Shown: positions 18,927 through 29,230 of the stretch, one piece after another
How positions within the stretch are numbered: the stretch's first letter is position 1
How the letters are laid out: each line of letters starts with the position of its first letter
Assembly: GCA_020696345.1 (NCBI GenBank)
Contig: JAEHCK010000011.1
Span: forward strand, 213-64,212
Length of the DNA: 64,000 bases
Direction of reading: 5' to 3'
Origin: Thermoplasmata archaeon
GTDB lineage: Archaea > Thermoplasmatota > Penumbrarchaeia > JAEHCK01
Translations under genes and position numbers: made by a program
The notes under the pieces: model-generated
The model's input: only the letters and a program-made list of their open reading frames with translations
The model's database searches: none
Told to the model about the DNA's origin: nothing

Positions 18927-19312
18927 ATCGTATTTATTTATTCTTTATCATTTGTTTGGCAGGTATAGTCGGCACCATCTTCACTTTTTTATTTGGCCAC
19001 TGGGCGTGTTTTCTTGGAACCCTTATTTTCATTCCAGCCATTGCATTATCATTGGATACATACTTTCGAAGCCGACGTGAAGATAGAGAAAAACTATATG
19101 CCCGGGTTATGGAGAAAGAAACCTCGATATCAGATTATATCAGGCACTTCGGCCTCGACCGCAATAGGGCTGAAATGTTATACAATGCCGGGTTCAAAAA
19201 CATAGACGACCTCAAAGATAGATCGATTGAGGAGTTCATGCAGATCGACGAGATCAATCCAACCATGGCAAAACGAATAGTGCAAAAGATGAAAGAAAAT
19301 AGAATAAAATGA
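18923..19312 (+). CDS. Small membrane protein with a C-terminal helix-hairpin-helix-like domain
   Basis: Two N-terminal hydrophobic helices. C-terminal MLYNAGFKNIDDLKDRSIEEFMQIDEINPTMAKRI. ATGA start-stop overlap with adk. Confidence 0.55.
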   Translation: MNRIYLFFIICLAGIVGTIFTFLFGHWACFLGTLIFIPAIALSLDTYFRSRREDREKLYARVMEKETSISDYIRHFGLDRNRAEMLYNAGFKNIDDLKDRSIEEFMQIDEINPTMAKRIVQKMKENRIK

Positions 19313-19540
19313 TCAATCATTTTCTTCCAGTTCCTGGCGCTCCAAATGCGAATATAACAACATTCCCACCAGACCAAAACCTATTAAAAGAACACTGATC
19401 GCATAGACGCCAACATCGAACCAGATATTATATAAAATTCCCCAGCCCAGATAAAGACCGATACCAAATATAAGGATGATCGTATAGAATGTTCGAGGAA
19501 TGAATGCTGGCATTTTTACTTCTTCTGGCATTTCATACAC
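19313..19540 (-). CDS. Small two-TM membrane protein
   Basis: 75-aa ORF with two hydrophobic helices. No competing ORF. Function unknown. Confidence 0.45.
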   Translation of the reverse strand: MYEMPEEVKMPAFIPRTFYTIILIFGIGLYLGWGILYNIWFDVGVYAISVLLIGFGLVGMLLYSHLERQELEEND

Positions 19541-19810
19541 CTATTCTGTTTGTACAAGTATAATCTCTTTTTATAAACATAGGGTTTTGGTATAAATAAT
19601 TTTTTTATTGGATATATTATTTGTTAAAAGTTGGTCAACATAATAAATTGCTAAGTTTTCGATTTAGGGTGTGTGTGTCAATGTAGGAGTTTGGGAGTTA
19701 TGGAGTTTAGGGAGTATTAAGTTTTGAGTTTTAAGGATAGAGTTTATAGTTGAGTTATTGCTTTTAACTTCCATGACCCCATAGACTATTAACTCTTCAT
19801 AGTGATCTTC

Positions 19811-22800
19811 TCACCGACCAGGGTCCGGTGGTTTGGAGTGTTTATGTTGGTAGTGCGGTTGCGCATGTGGCGCCTGCGAAATATGTCTCGGTGTTTGATG
19901 TAAATATTGCTGTTTATTTTCCTGCTGTGGGTGCTTTGGCATTTCTTCCATAGTTTCTCGTGCCGGTTGTGGTGTTGAAAACTCATATTCACTGGTGGCT
20001 GGCACACCATCTGGCGGTGGTAAATCATACAACCGATCCTTTTTACCATTTTTACGAAAATAGAAAAAGTAAAGCATACACAGTATGATGATCAATATTA
20101 TCACACCAACAGCAGCACCGATCATTACTGCGTTCGAATCCGATTCCTGTATCGACCCATCCTTATCTTTTAAAACACGGATCGTTAGTGTTGTGTTACG
20201 TTTTACCTCCAGGCCATACTCTTTTGCCTTGGTGGAGTTTACTGATACATTTATTTGTATCTCTCCGGGTTTTGTATTGGAACCAACTTTTATTACCACC
20301 GAAAACTCTGCAAAACCATCAACATCTACCGGTTTGGAAGCATTACCCGATATCCTGATATCTATTCCGGTTTTTGAAGTTGTTTCCAGAGTCAATAATA
20401 CAATATCGTTCGCCTCACCCAAATTCTCAACCGTTGCTTTTACGATCTTCTCCTCGCCCTGATGCAGCTCGACCACACTTTCATTAAGAACAATAGCCAG
20501 GTCGAATTTTGGCACAATATCTGCAACTACCTTGAATGACCATGTTGCTGAATCGGGCCCCTCGATATCCCCGGCAAACGGCACAATCTTCCAGTAATAT
20601 GTCTTACCGTTCTCAAGATCTTTCTCTACTGAATACTTATTTCCCGAGATACTTTCTATGATACTCTCCTCGCCATCATCTGACCAGATATGTATATTAT
20701 AAGTTACGGCCTCCGTACCGGCATAGGTAACCGACCATTTCAGGATGGGTTTCGATGTGTTAACATCTACACCGTCCAATGGCGATTGAAGTGTAACCTG
20801 TGGCACGGGGATGCTGAGGTTCACGGAAAACGACCAGACACCGGACAGGCACCGGCCGTTTGTTGAACCGGTCTTTGGTACCACGGTCCAATAGTATGTA
20901 GTGCCATCGGTTAAGCCTGTTTTAAGTAATGTTGTTTCAGAGTGATCCGTTTTCTCTGATTTTTTCGGCGGGTTAACTGTATCAAGCAAGATATCATACC
21001 TAATTCCCGTAAAACCCATGTCGGTTAATTCCCATTTCAATTCGATGGATTTCTTTGCGATGACGGCACCGCTCTTGGGCGCCAGCAACTTGACCTTTGG
21101 CGTCTGTGCATCCAGCCAGGTGTTTACCTTTATATTATATATCTTAGATTCCGTGGGTCCATTACCCGCAATATCTACCGCGCGCCATTTGATATGGTTC
21201 TCTGTGCCGTTGGCAAATGTGATATTTAATTTCACATCAATGCCGGCGCTTTCCACCAGATCATGAACCTTTAACCACGGCTCCCATGTACCACCCCCAT
21301 CGGTGGATATTGCATATTCCACCGAGGCCGCATCCACGCCGGAGGTCTCATCTGAAATGGTAATTCCCACCTCGACGGTTTCTGTGGGTGATTCTGATGC
21401 CTGGGATGGTAGATTGTCAGAAAAAATGACATATTGAGTGTCTATCAATATCCTGTACGGTTCACTTTCTATAGGGCCGTTACCCACAGTATCTCCCGCC
21501 TGCCATTTGACCAGGTTTTCACGGCCATCCTTTAACGTAACCTGACCATTGGCGGATACACTTGCTTCATCGTCCTTGTTAGTGGCGCCGGGTTGCCAGA
21601 CATTCCAGATTGAGCCATTATCGGTTGTGGTGCTGTACTCTATACTCGATGCATCCACGAAGCCGCCGCCAGTGTCCAGAACAGCTATACCAACTGCCAC
21701 GTCGGTATCGGTGTGCCATGTAGTATTATCGGGCGTAGGATTCGAATATGTCACATTCTCGCTGTCGAGCTTGATGGTGAACGATTCCGATGTTGCATCG
21801 CAGTATGGAGGAATACCGGTGAGATTTATTGTATAAGTAAACCCATCCGAATCTGAAATATATGGTGTGGTGATCTCGATATCAATCGGCTGGCCGGGGA
21901 CCGGTGATGAGAACCATGATCTACCGTTGTCACCCCAGATGGTCACCTTTAGTCCACTATCTGTGGGATAAATATCTGTTGTACTTTGGTAAGCCGGTAT
22001 CAAACCCGAAAATGTTAATTTTTCACCACCGCGGATAATAGAGCTTCCTGTTATCAGCAGATCTTCTTCATACCTTACTTCCAAATTTCCTGTAAACACC
22101 AGGTCGTTTTCCACACGGTACATATTTGACATGTTAAGCCATGCTGGTGGTAACATCTCGCTAGATGCATAAACTTTCACATCATGAAGGTTTTCATCCG
22201 GGTATGTCCAGTTGAAGGTAACATTGAAATCGATTGTCCAGTTATTTCTGCCGTTGTTGTATGCTATGCACGATTGTTCAAGAGTAAGATAATTATTAGG
22301 ATCGTTTAGCTTTTTGAATTGCCCAGTTGCTCGATCCCATCGGAGTTGGATGCTCAATCCCTGTGGGTCCAAATTCAATTGGGTAAATTCAAGATCTATT
22401 AAAGATATTGAATCAGTTATATTAACTCTAAATGTGTATAGACCAAGCATAGAATAGATCTTATTCATAACCACATCATTTTTTATTAATTCAAGAGAAC
22501 CAATCCGTATTCCAACGGGGAACGAAAATTTTGAAACAAATACATCAGTTCTGTTATTATGAGTAATATTGAAAGCGCCTTTAGAAGTAGGAAAATCCGT
22601 TGAAGATGTGTGGCCAGTAATAAAAACATTTCCTTTAGAGTCAATATCGATCCCCGATCCAGTATCGGTATCTAATCCACCCAAACATGTGGAATATAAT
22701 AATGTTGAACAATTTGAATTTAATTGAGCTAAGAACACATCATCATCTTGTATATGTTTTGCATATGCATCCGGTGTGACGGGGAAATCATATGATCCGG

Positions 22801-24736
22801 TGGTACCTGTTACAAATATCTTCCCGTAAGTATCCAGTTTCAAATCGATCCCTGAATCGTCTGAAGTGCCATCTAAGAATGTCGAGCAAACGATCTTTGA
22901 CCCGGATTCATTTAATTTTAAAACAAACACACTAACATCTCCTGAGTTTTTTTGTGTGCAATATGCCCTGGGTGTAGTAGGAAAATCATCAGAATCTGTA
23001 TAGCCTGTTACAACCGCATTACCTTCAAGATCCAATTTTAAACCATAGCCACCGTCATCATTTACACCACCTATAAACGTAGAATAGTTGAGTTTTGAAC
23101 CGTTATGATTGAGTTTTGTAATAAAACAGTCCAATGTACCAAAATTTCCATTAAAGGAAGTATCTTTTGCACCGGGTGTTGTTGGGAAATCAGAAGATGA
23201 TGTAAGACCGGTTATGAATGCTTCACCCTTGGAATTGGTTTCGATATTAATTATATAATCAGCTTGGTTTCCGCGTATATATGTTGAATAATTTAGCTTT
23301 GATCCATTATTATTTAATTTTAAAACAAAACCATCTTGATTAACACTAGAAGAATTATCGAACGCATTTTTGGTGGTGGGGAAATCTAAAGATTGAGTAT
23401 TACCGGTTACATAAGCATCTCCATATGGATCAATAGCAATATCATAGGCATAATCGGAGCCACTACCACCAATATAGGTAGAATAAATGAGTTTTGAGCC
23501 ATTTGGATATAATTTCACACACACAATATCTCTGTTCCCGTTATTGGATGAATTCAATGCATCCTTTGTTACTGGGAAATCAGTTGAATCCGTTCTACCA
23601 GTAACAAATGCTTCTCCGAGTGTATTGACCTCGATCGCATTTCCCCTGTCGTCCAAACTTCCTCCAATGAAGGTTGAAAATATCAGTTGTGAGCCGTTAT
23701 GATTTAATTTTGATACAAAAATATCATTGGTGCCATTCAATATAATGTCTAACGCACCCGTAGTATTCGGGAAATCATGTGATTGGGTGTAACCCGTTAT
23801 GAATGCATTCTCCGAATCATCTACCGCAATGTCAAAACTATATTCATAACCATCCCCACCAACATAAGTCGAATACTCCAACGTTGGATCGATGATCAAT
23901 GTTCTTTGCGGATCAAACTCTCCGATCAGATCAAAACCATATTTATTTTCATTTAATACACAAAATCTACTATCAACCTGCCGCCTTTGACCATTGCTCT
24001 CCTGGTAAACGAATAGGTCTCTATCCACGATATTTTTAATGCCTGTCCGTATCTCCAGGTCACCGAATTCATTAACCTCTATTCCATCCGCACCATCGAC
24101 CTTAACTCTAATTTGGCTTGGATCGGCACCTGGGTGCACGATAAAATCGTATTTCAAGCCGTTGTTATCTGTATAATATCGCAGATCGATGCCGTCATAA
24201 ATGTGCTCGTAATACACCTCACCGTAATTGGGCACACCAGTACACCACCTGGTCGAGTCATTGCCGTAGAAGAAATTGCTGTTCCAGGATAGTCTTTGTC
24301 TGCCTTCGGGGCGGACCAGGTTTGCACCAACGAATTCCTGCTTGATCACAGCTCGACGATATTGAATTGGTTTAAGTTGCTCTTGATAAATCATCGGATC
24401 AGATCTGACTCTCGACTCCAGACTCCTAGACTCTCGACCTTCAATTGGTATCTCTTCTCTGAGCTCAAGCCACATACCATCATCAGTAAACCATACACCG
24501 CCGTCCTTGGAATAGAAGCGGACAGCATTGTTCTCGAGCTGGCCGCGGTTGGGGGTGAAGGTGATCGGTCTTTGCAGTGACGCATCAAATTTATACTGAA
24601 ACCGGTTCTCATTAGATTCACTATTTATTGATCCCTGATCATTTTGAAATACGCTGACCTCGCCGATGATCCCCATAGGATATAAGTTAAGGATAAAAAT
24701 GGATACAATAATAAGACCTATTATTTTCTTAGTCAA
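19811..24736 (-). CDS. Giant surface protein: SBBP-type beta-propeller repeats, Ig/FN3-like and CARDB-like domains, TM, Pro/Gln/His-rich tail
   Basis: Signal anchor (IIGLIIVSIFILNLYP). About nine repeats of the pattern YSTYIGGSGSDYAYDIAIDPYGDAYVTGNTQSLDFPTT. Three repeats of the TYYWTVVP/TYYWKIVP type. TM (AVMIGAAVGVIILIIILCMLYFFYF). Confidence 0.85.
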   Translation of the reverse strand: MTKKIIGLIIVSIFILNLYPMGIIGEVSVFQNDQGSINSESNENRFQYKFDASLQRPITFTPNRGQLENNAVRFYSKDGGVWFTDDGMWLELREEIPIEGRESRSLESRVRSDPMIYQEQLKPIQYRRAVIKQEFVGANLVRPEGRQRLSWNSNFFYGNDSTRWCTGVPNYGEVYYEHIYDGIDLRYYTDNNGLKYDFIVHPGADPSQIRVKVDGADGIEVNEFGDLEIRTGIKNIVDRDLFVYQESNGQRRQVDSRFCVLNENKYGFDLIGEFDPQRTLIIDPTLEYSTYVGGDGYEYSFDIAVDDSENAFITGYTQSHDFPNTTGALDIILNGTNDIFVSKLNHNGSQLIFSTFIGGSLDDRGNAIEVNTLGEAFVTGRTDSTDFPVTKDALNSSNNGNRDIVCVKLYPNGSKLIYSTYIGGSGSDYAYDIAIDPYGDAYVTGNTQSLDFPTTKNAFDNSSSVNQDGFVLKLNNNGSKLNYSTYIRGNQADYIINIETNSKGEAFITGLTSSSDFPTTPGAKDTSFNGNFGTLDCFITKLNHNGSKLNYSTFIGGVNDDGGYGLKLDLEGNAVVTGYTDSDDFPTTPRAYCTQKNSGDVSVFVLKLNESGSKIVCSTFLDGTSDDSGIDLKLDTYGKIFVTGTTGSYDFPVTPDAYAKHIQDDDVFLAQLNSNCSTLLYSTCLGGLDTDTGSGIDIDSKGNVFITGHTSSTDFPTSKGAFNITHNNRTDVFVSKFSFPVGIRIGSLELIKNDVVMNKIYSMLGLYTFRVNITDSISLIDLEFTQLNLDPQGLSIQLRWDRATGQFKKLNDPNNYLTLEQSCIAYNNGRNNWTIDFNVTFNWTYPDENLHDVKVYASSEMLPPAWLNMSNMYRVENDLVFTGNLEVRYEEDLLITGSSIIRGGEKLTFSGLIPAYQSTTDIYPTDSGLKVTIWGDNGRSWFSSPVPGQPIDIEITTPYISDSDGFTYTINLTGIPPYCDATSESFTIKLDSENVTYSNPTPDNTTWHTDTDVAVGIAVLDTGGGFVDASSIEYSTTTDNGSIWNVWQPGATNKDDEASVSANGQVTLKDGRENLVKWQAGDTVGNGPIESEPYRILIDTQYVIFSDNLPSQASESPTETVEVGITISDETSGVDAASVEYAISTDGGGTWEPWLKVHDLVESAGIDVKLNITFANGTENHIKWRAVDIAGNGPTESKIYNIKVNTWLDAQTPKVKLLAPKSGAVIAKKSIELKWELTDMGFTGIRYDILLDTVNPPKKSEKTDHSETTLLKTGLTDGTTYYWTVVPKTGSTNGRCLSGVWSFSVNLSIPVPQVTLQSPLDGVDVNTSKPILKWSVTYAGTEAVTYNIHIWSDDGEESIIESISGNKYSVEKDLENGKTYYWKIVPFAGDIEGPDSATWSFKVVADIVPKFDLAIVLNESVVELHQGEEKIVKATVENLGEANDIVLLTLETTSKTGIDIRISGNASKPVDVDGFAEFSVVIKVGSNTKPGEIQINVSVNSTKAKEYGLEVKRNTTLTIRVLKDKDGSIQESDSNAVMIGAAVGVIILIIILCMLYFFYFRKNGKKDRLYDLPPPDGVPATSEYEFSTPQPARETMEEMPKHPQQENKQQYLHQTPRHISQAPHAQPHYQHKHSKPPDPGR

Positions 24737-25518
24737 TTACTTACCCCGTAGATTGAATACACTTTTTTATATGTCCAGATATGTATTAAACATATAAAAG
24801 CAATTCGAATGATTTTGCAATATGTTACGTTTGAATATTATTTCGTAATTTGTTAATTCAAAATCCAAAAAACAAAAATCCAAGAAAACACCAAAACCAA
24901 AATCACAAAGTATTTTGAGTTAGGGATTTTGGAATTTACCATGAGGCAAGATTTGGTAAGCTATTATTGATTAGTATTTCCAAATCTTTACTTTATTACC
25001 CACCTACCCTTAATTAGATATCGATTTGGGTTCGGGGTATTGGATTTACTTTATGTTCACAATTAACAATCCATAATTTACAATCCATGACCGTGGTGCT
25101 GCCGTGCTGGTTGACATAAATCCAAGTATTATCCGTTTATTATTAATATTTATTACCAGTTCTCTTGACAAGTCCCTAATATTTATTAGATCGGTTTAAT
25201 ATAATCTAACACTTAAATCTTTGAGTTTGTTATTTTTACCCTTGGTCTTTCTCCAAAAATGTCAATTAAATAGGTGATATATGACTATATACAAACCTTT
25301 AGCAAAGAAATTTAATTTTCGGAAGTTATTTATTTCATTGGCTTTTCAATAATCTAACGAAGATTTCGTTGCTTTGCTATTGGTTTGGACTTTTTTATTC
25401 ACATATTGTCTAGAATTACCACTACAAAATTTCCTAGTTAATTGTTTATTGCACAGAAGTAACATACAACCAGAAAGATTGATTAATTAATTTGCTTTTA
25501 TTTTTTTTCAACCTAATT

Positions 25519-26073
25519 TTATCTCTTACTTCTTGGAATACTAAAGAAATCCACTTTTTTCCATATTGCATTCGGACATTTTTCTTTTAAAGTTTCAACA
25601 AGTCTTTCATAAAAATCATTTTTGAAATCTTTGTCATTAAAACTTCCACAAGCTGGTGAAAGTGAATTATCTTCATAAATAATTATGAAATTCTTAATTA
25701 CATTGTCCCAAGTGTATTGCCCATATCCAATCTTAGTTATATTCTCAAATCTATGAAATGATTTTGCATATAAACGTTTAAAAAGATAATCGTTTCTATT
25801 TGTAATCCCATTCTCATATATACCGTCGATTTCAAGTCCACCCATTGCTATTACAAATGGAAAACAGAATAAGAAGATAATGAATGGGATTAAAAAACCT
25901 AATAGAGGCGATCCCATAATAGTTCCCGTTCCAATAACAGCGAATATTGCTAAAAGTAAACCTACTATACAACCAGTAACATAAGTAAGTAAACCGAATC
26001 GTTGAGCTTCAATAGTATCATCCCATCTTCCCTGAATACCTCTGTATAATAATTTACCTCTATCTTTTTTCAT
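25519..26073 (-). CDS. Membrane protein of unknown function (2-3 TM plus a soluble C-terminal domain)
   Basis: 184-aa ORF, AT-rich, immediately downstream of 26092..27642 on the same strand. Confidence 0.5.
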   Translation of the reverse strand: MKKDRGKLLYRGIQGRWDDTIEAQRFGLLTYVTGCIVGLLLAIFAVIGTGTIMGSPLLGFLIPFIIFLFCFPFVIAMGGLEIDGIYENGITNRNDYLFKRLYAKSFHRFENITKIGYGQYTWDNVIKNFIIIYEDNSLSPACGSFNDKDFKNDFYERLVETLKEKCPNAIWKKVDFFSIPRSKR

Positions 26074-26091
26074 GGAATCTCTTCTTGTTTT

Positions 26092-27642
26092 TTATAATTC
26101 TGTAGCGTAAGGGGTTGTCAAAAATGTGGTTGTACTTTTTATTAATTGTATTATCGATATTCCCACAATAACATATGTAATCTTTTCTCCGAGAAATCCA
26201 ACCCAAGAAACTTTATCTGAGATAACATCTTTATAACATTTAACTGCACCTATAAATGAAAAAGCAAACCCTGTTAAATGCATTGCAAATTGAATAATTG
26301 GATTTGAGGGTATTGGGTTTTTATAGAGAATTAAAACAATACCTAAAATTCCCCATACAAGTCCTACGATATCTCCAAAAAATGTTTTCAAAGCCCCTCC
26401 TCTTTCACCAGTTTTATATTTAGCATACATTGTAAGAAGACCAGCAATTATTCCGGCACTTCCAAGAGTTAATCCAATAGCGGGCAATAAATCCTCTAAA
26501 TCATTATTGCCATTCTCAAAGGTCTCCATAATACCATTTGCTATTGCACCAATTATTGCACTTACAATTATTGGTTTAACAAAATCTATAATTGCGCCTA
26601 TACCTAATGCAACAGTAAAAGGTTTTGTAAGTACTTCCACTGCAAATATAACTGTTAATAATGCAGTGAATCCCCAATAAAGTTGGCTATTGAATACTGC
26701 ATCAACAATCCCAACAAACATGCCAGCGGCCCCTGCAGATTCATAACCATTTTTTATGTTATTTGCCATGTCATTCACAAAATTATTAATGGCATCTTTT
26801 ATCGGCTTGAGGACCGTATCCATCATAAATCTAATTGCTTTCCAAATCCATTCAAGAAGCATGCTCAAGAACTTTTCTACTAATTTGGCGAGTTCAGTTA
26901 ACAACTTCATGAGAGCTTTTATTAACCCTTCAAGCAATCCATCAAGGTGTGTCTTGTATTTCGCATAATTACCGCCCTCGTCCTCGGCCTCCACCCAAAC
27001 ATCGTAGCCACCTCCTAGAGACTTCGCCGCATCCACATCGAAATCTTTCTTGAAACTTTTACTCTGTTCTCCGTCACAACCGATCTTCTTCCAGCTTTGG
27101 CCTTTAATTCTGACCTTTATATAATCCAAACCACTCAGATCATAGACCTTACCGGAAACACGTATGACATAGTGCCACCAGCCCTTGTCATAATGCTTGA
27201 CCTCAACTTTCATGATCAGCGGCGGTGTGCCGTCACGCTGGGTGGGTGATGGCACTGGTAGGACTTTGTTATTTTTATCTGCCCACTCCTCGTAAAATTC
27301 CCAGATCACCGGATAGAGGTCCATGAAATGTATTTCCTCGTAATCTGTTAGGCCATCGGAATCTGTATCGGAAGTATTTGGTGCTGTTCCGTTTGAAAGT
27401 TCTTCAAAGTCCGTAAGACCATCGTTATCCGAATCTATATAATTTGGATTTGAAATAACAGTCCATGGCTTACCTATCTGCTTCTTTGTGGTTTCCCAGT
27501 AAATTAAAACACTCCAGCCTGCCACCTCCTCGCCGTCGTTTAAGCCGTCACCGTCGGTATCCAATTTGGTAGGATCAGAACCCGTATGTGTTTTATTATA
27601 AATAAATTTCACTTTTGTTAATCTAACGATACCAAAACACAT
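26092..27642 (-). CDS. TSP3-repeat / Ig-like domain protein fused to a glycine-zipper-rich polytopic membrane domain; possibly a 5'-truncated or chimeric gene
   Basis: Start reassigned to the ATG at 27642 (Met79 of the tracked ORF), because the upstream extension overlaps abiEi. Motifs DTDGDGLNDGEE, DSDNDGLTDFEE, DTDSDGLTDYEE, then WVEAEDEGGNYA, then about 6 hydrophobic helices. No signal peptide. Confidence 0.55.
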   Translation of the reverse strand: MCFGIVRLTKVKFIYNKTHTGSDPTKLDTDGDGLNDGEEVAGWSVLIYWETTKKQIGKPWTVISNPNYIDSDNDGLTDFEELSNGTAPNTSDTDSDGLTDYEEIHFMDLYPVIWEFYEEWADKNNKVLPVPSPTQRDGTPPLIMKVEVKHYDKGWWHYVIRVSGKVYDLSGLDYIKVRIKGQSWKKIGCDGEQSKSFKKDFDVDAAKSLGGGYDVWVEAEDEGGNYAKYKTHLDGLLEGLIKALMKLLTELAKLVEKFLSMLLEWIWKAIRFMMDTVLKPIKDAINNFVNDMANNIKNGYESAGAAGMFVGIVDAVFNSQLYWGFTALLTVIFAVEVLTKPFTVALGIGAIIDFVKPIIVSAIIGAIANGIMETFENGNNDLEDLLPAIGLTLGSAGIIAGLLTMYAKYKTGERGGALKTFFGDIVGLVWGILGIVLILYKNPIPSNPIIQFAMHLTGFAFSFIGAVKCYKDVISDKVSWVGFLGEKITYVIVGISIIQLIKSTTTFLTTPYATEL

Positions 27643-27661
27643 ATATGGGTGTAATAATATT

Positions 27662-28396
27662 ATGATAATTATGAATGACTTGACAATTACAAAAATGCTG
27701 GAAGATAGACAAGCTGCAGTATTTACAACGCAACAATTGGCCGTATTGTTCGGGTTGAAACCCAACTCCACTACAGTGAAATTAAACCGTCTTGTAGCAA
27801 GAGGTGTTTTGGTTCGCGTGGTTAGGGGCCGATATACTCTGCCTAGCACAAATATACTTGCCGTTGCTTCCAGCATATATCCGCCATCGTATGTGTCATT
27901 ATTAGCAGCATTTGAATATCATGGCACTACCACTCAATCACCCAGGATGATCGATGTTATAAACAATGTACACACGGGTCGTACAACAATATTGTTGGAG
28001 TCCGGGCTGTTTGAAATACGTTTTATTAAAGTAGCTCCTTATTTGCTCTTTGGCTATGAAAAGAATTTTATTAATAGCATGACCTCTATGATCGCTGAGA
28101 AAGAAAAAACGATAGTCGATAGTTTATTACTCATTGGTTATGTATCATTGGACGAAACAGTGGCGTGCATTCGCAGCCAGGTTAATTATGAAAAAGCAAT
28201 GGAGTATGCCCGACGCACCGGCCGACAGAGCGTGATAAAGAGATTGGGATATCTACTCTCATCTGAAGGAATAGATGTTTTGCCAAAATTTCTAAAGGGT
28301 CTATCGAAAACCTATGTGCCGCTGGACCCCGCACTCTCCAAGCGAGGGAAATATGACCCGAAGTGGCGAATTATTGTTAATAGGGTGATCGAATGA
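27662..28396 (+). CDS. abiEi: AbiEi-family type IV toxin-antitoxin antitoxin (wHTH regulator)
   Basis: N-terminal wHTH (FTTQQLAVLFGLKPNSTTVKLNRLVARGVLVRVVRGRYTL) and an AbiEi-like C-terminal domain. ATGA overlap with the downstream AbiEii gene. Confidence 0.78.
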   Translation: MIIMNDLTITKMLEDRQAAVFTTQQLAVLFGLKPNSTTVKLNRLVARGVLVRVVRGRYTLPSTNILAVASSIYPPSYVSLLAAFEYHGTTTQSPRMIDVINNVHTGRTTILLESGLFEIRFIKVAPYLLFGYEKNFINSMTSMIAEKEKTIVDSLLLIGYVSLDETVACIRSQVNYEKAMEYARRTGRQSVIKRLGYLLSSEGIDVLPKFLKGLSKTYVPLDPALSKRGKYDPKWRIIVNRVIE

Positions 28397-29157
28397 ATCG
28401 TGATGAACTGAAAAGACACATCGGAATAACCGGTTACTCGTTGGGACAAGTGGAAAAAGATTATTTTCAGCATATGATTCTTGGTGCATTATCAAGAAGA
28501 GCTGGTGGAGGGTTGGTGTTCAAGGGAGGCACAGCATTACAAAAACTTGGTATTATACCCCGGTTCAGTGAAGACTTGGACTTCACTGCACGATATGATC
28601 CAAAGATACAAAAGTTAAAAGATTATATTTTAAGGGTTATCCATAATTATAATTTCTTGGCCGAGGCAAACAATTTTATTGACGATGAGAGAACAGCTGG
28701 TTTTCGAATTAAGATACAGGGTCCACTCTTTCGCAACAGACAAGGATTATGTACTATCAGAATAGAGATTAGCAAAAGAGAGTCAGTGATATCAATCCCT
28801 GAAAATAAAGAATTCAATCCACCATATCTTGATATACTGCCATATTCTTTGAATATCATGCATAAGGAAGAAATTCTTGCTGAAAAGATTCGTGCAATTT
28901 ATTCTAGGCATAAGGCACGAGACCTTTATGATATTTACAAACTCTTAGAGATAGGAACAATTTACAATATCGATCTAGCTAATGAAAAATTGGATTATTA
29001 CAATCTTCAATTCGATACTGGATCATTCATAGAAAATTGTGAGAAATTAAAACCAGATTGGGAGCGGGACCTACAAAGCTTAATGCAAAATATCGTACCA
29101 TATAATAATGTCTTGAATGTTATTAAGGAAAGACTTTTGAAAGATCAGAAACTATAA
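28393..29157 (+). CDS. abiEii: AbiEii/AbiGii-family nucleotidyltransferase toxin (DUF1814-like)
   Basis: Motifs EKDYFQHMILGAL, LVFKGGTALQKL and RFSEDLDF are typical of this family. 254 aa. Confidence 0.82.
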   Translation: MNRDELKRHIGITGYSLGQVEKDYFQHMILGALSRRAGGGLVFKGGTALQKLGIIPRFSEDLDFTARYDPKIQKLKDYILRVIHNYNFLAEANNFIDDERTAGFRIKIQGPLFRNRQGLCTIRIEISKRESVISIPENKEFNPPYLDILPYSLNIMHKEEILAEKIRAIYSRHKARDLYDIYKLLEIGTIYNIDLANEKLDYYNLQFDTGSFIENCEKLKPDWERDLQSLMQNIVPYNNVLNVIKERLLKDQKL

Positions 29158-29230
29158 AATAACCCATCTCACATTCGCTCAATAAATCCTACTTATCAAT
29201 TTGCTCATTTTGGATTTTCGAGGCGGAACC

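Noticed and set aside
25281-25352. 23-aa ORF with an AGGTGA SD (MTIYKPLAKKFNFRKLFISLAFQ)
   Set aside because: It is too short and lies in AT-rich sequence where such ORFs arise by chance. Nothing from within the window supports it.
27643-27876. N-terminal 78 codons of the tracked ORF 26092..27876
   Set aside because: This part overlaps abiEi on the opposite strand, has no recognisable domain, and looks like chance read-through. The start was moved to ATG 27642.
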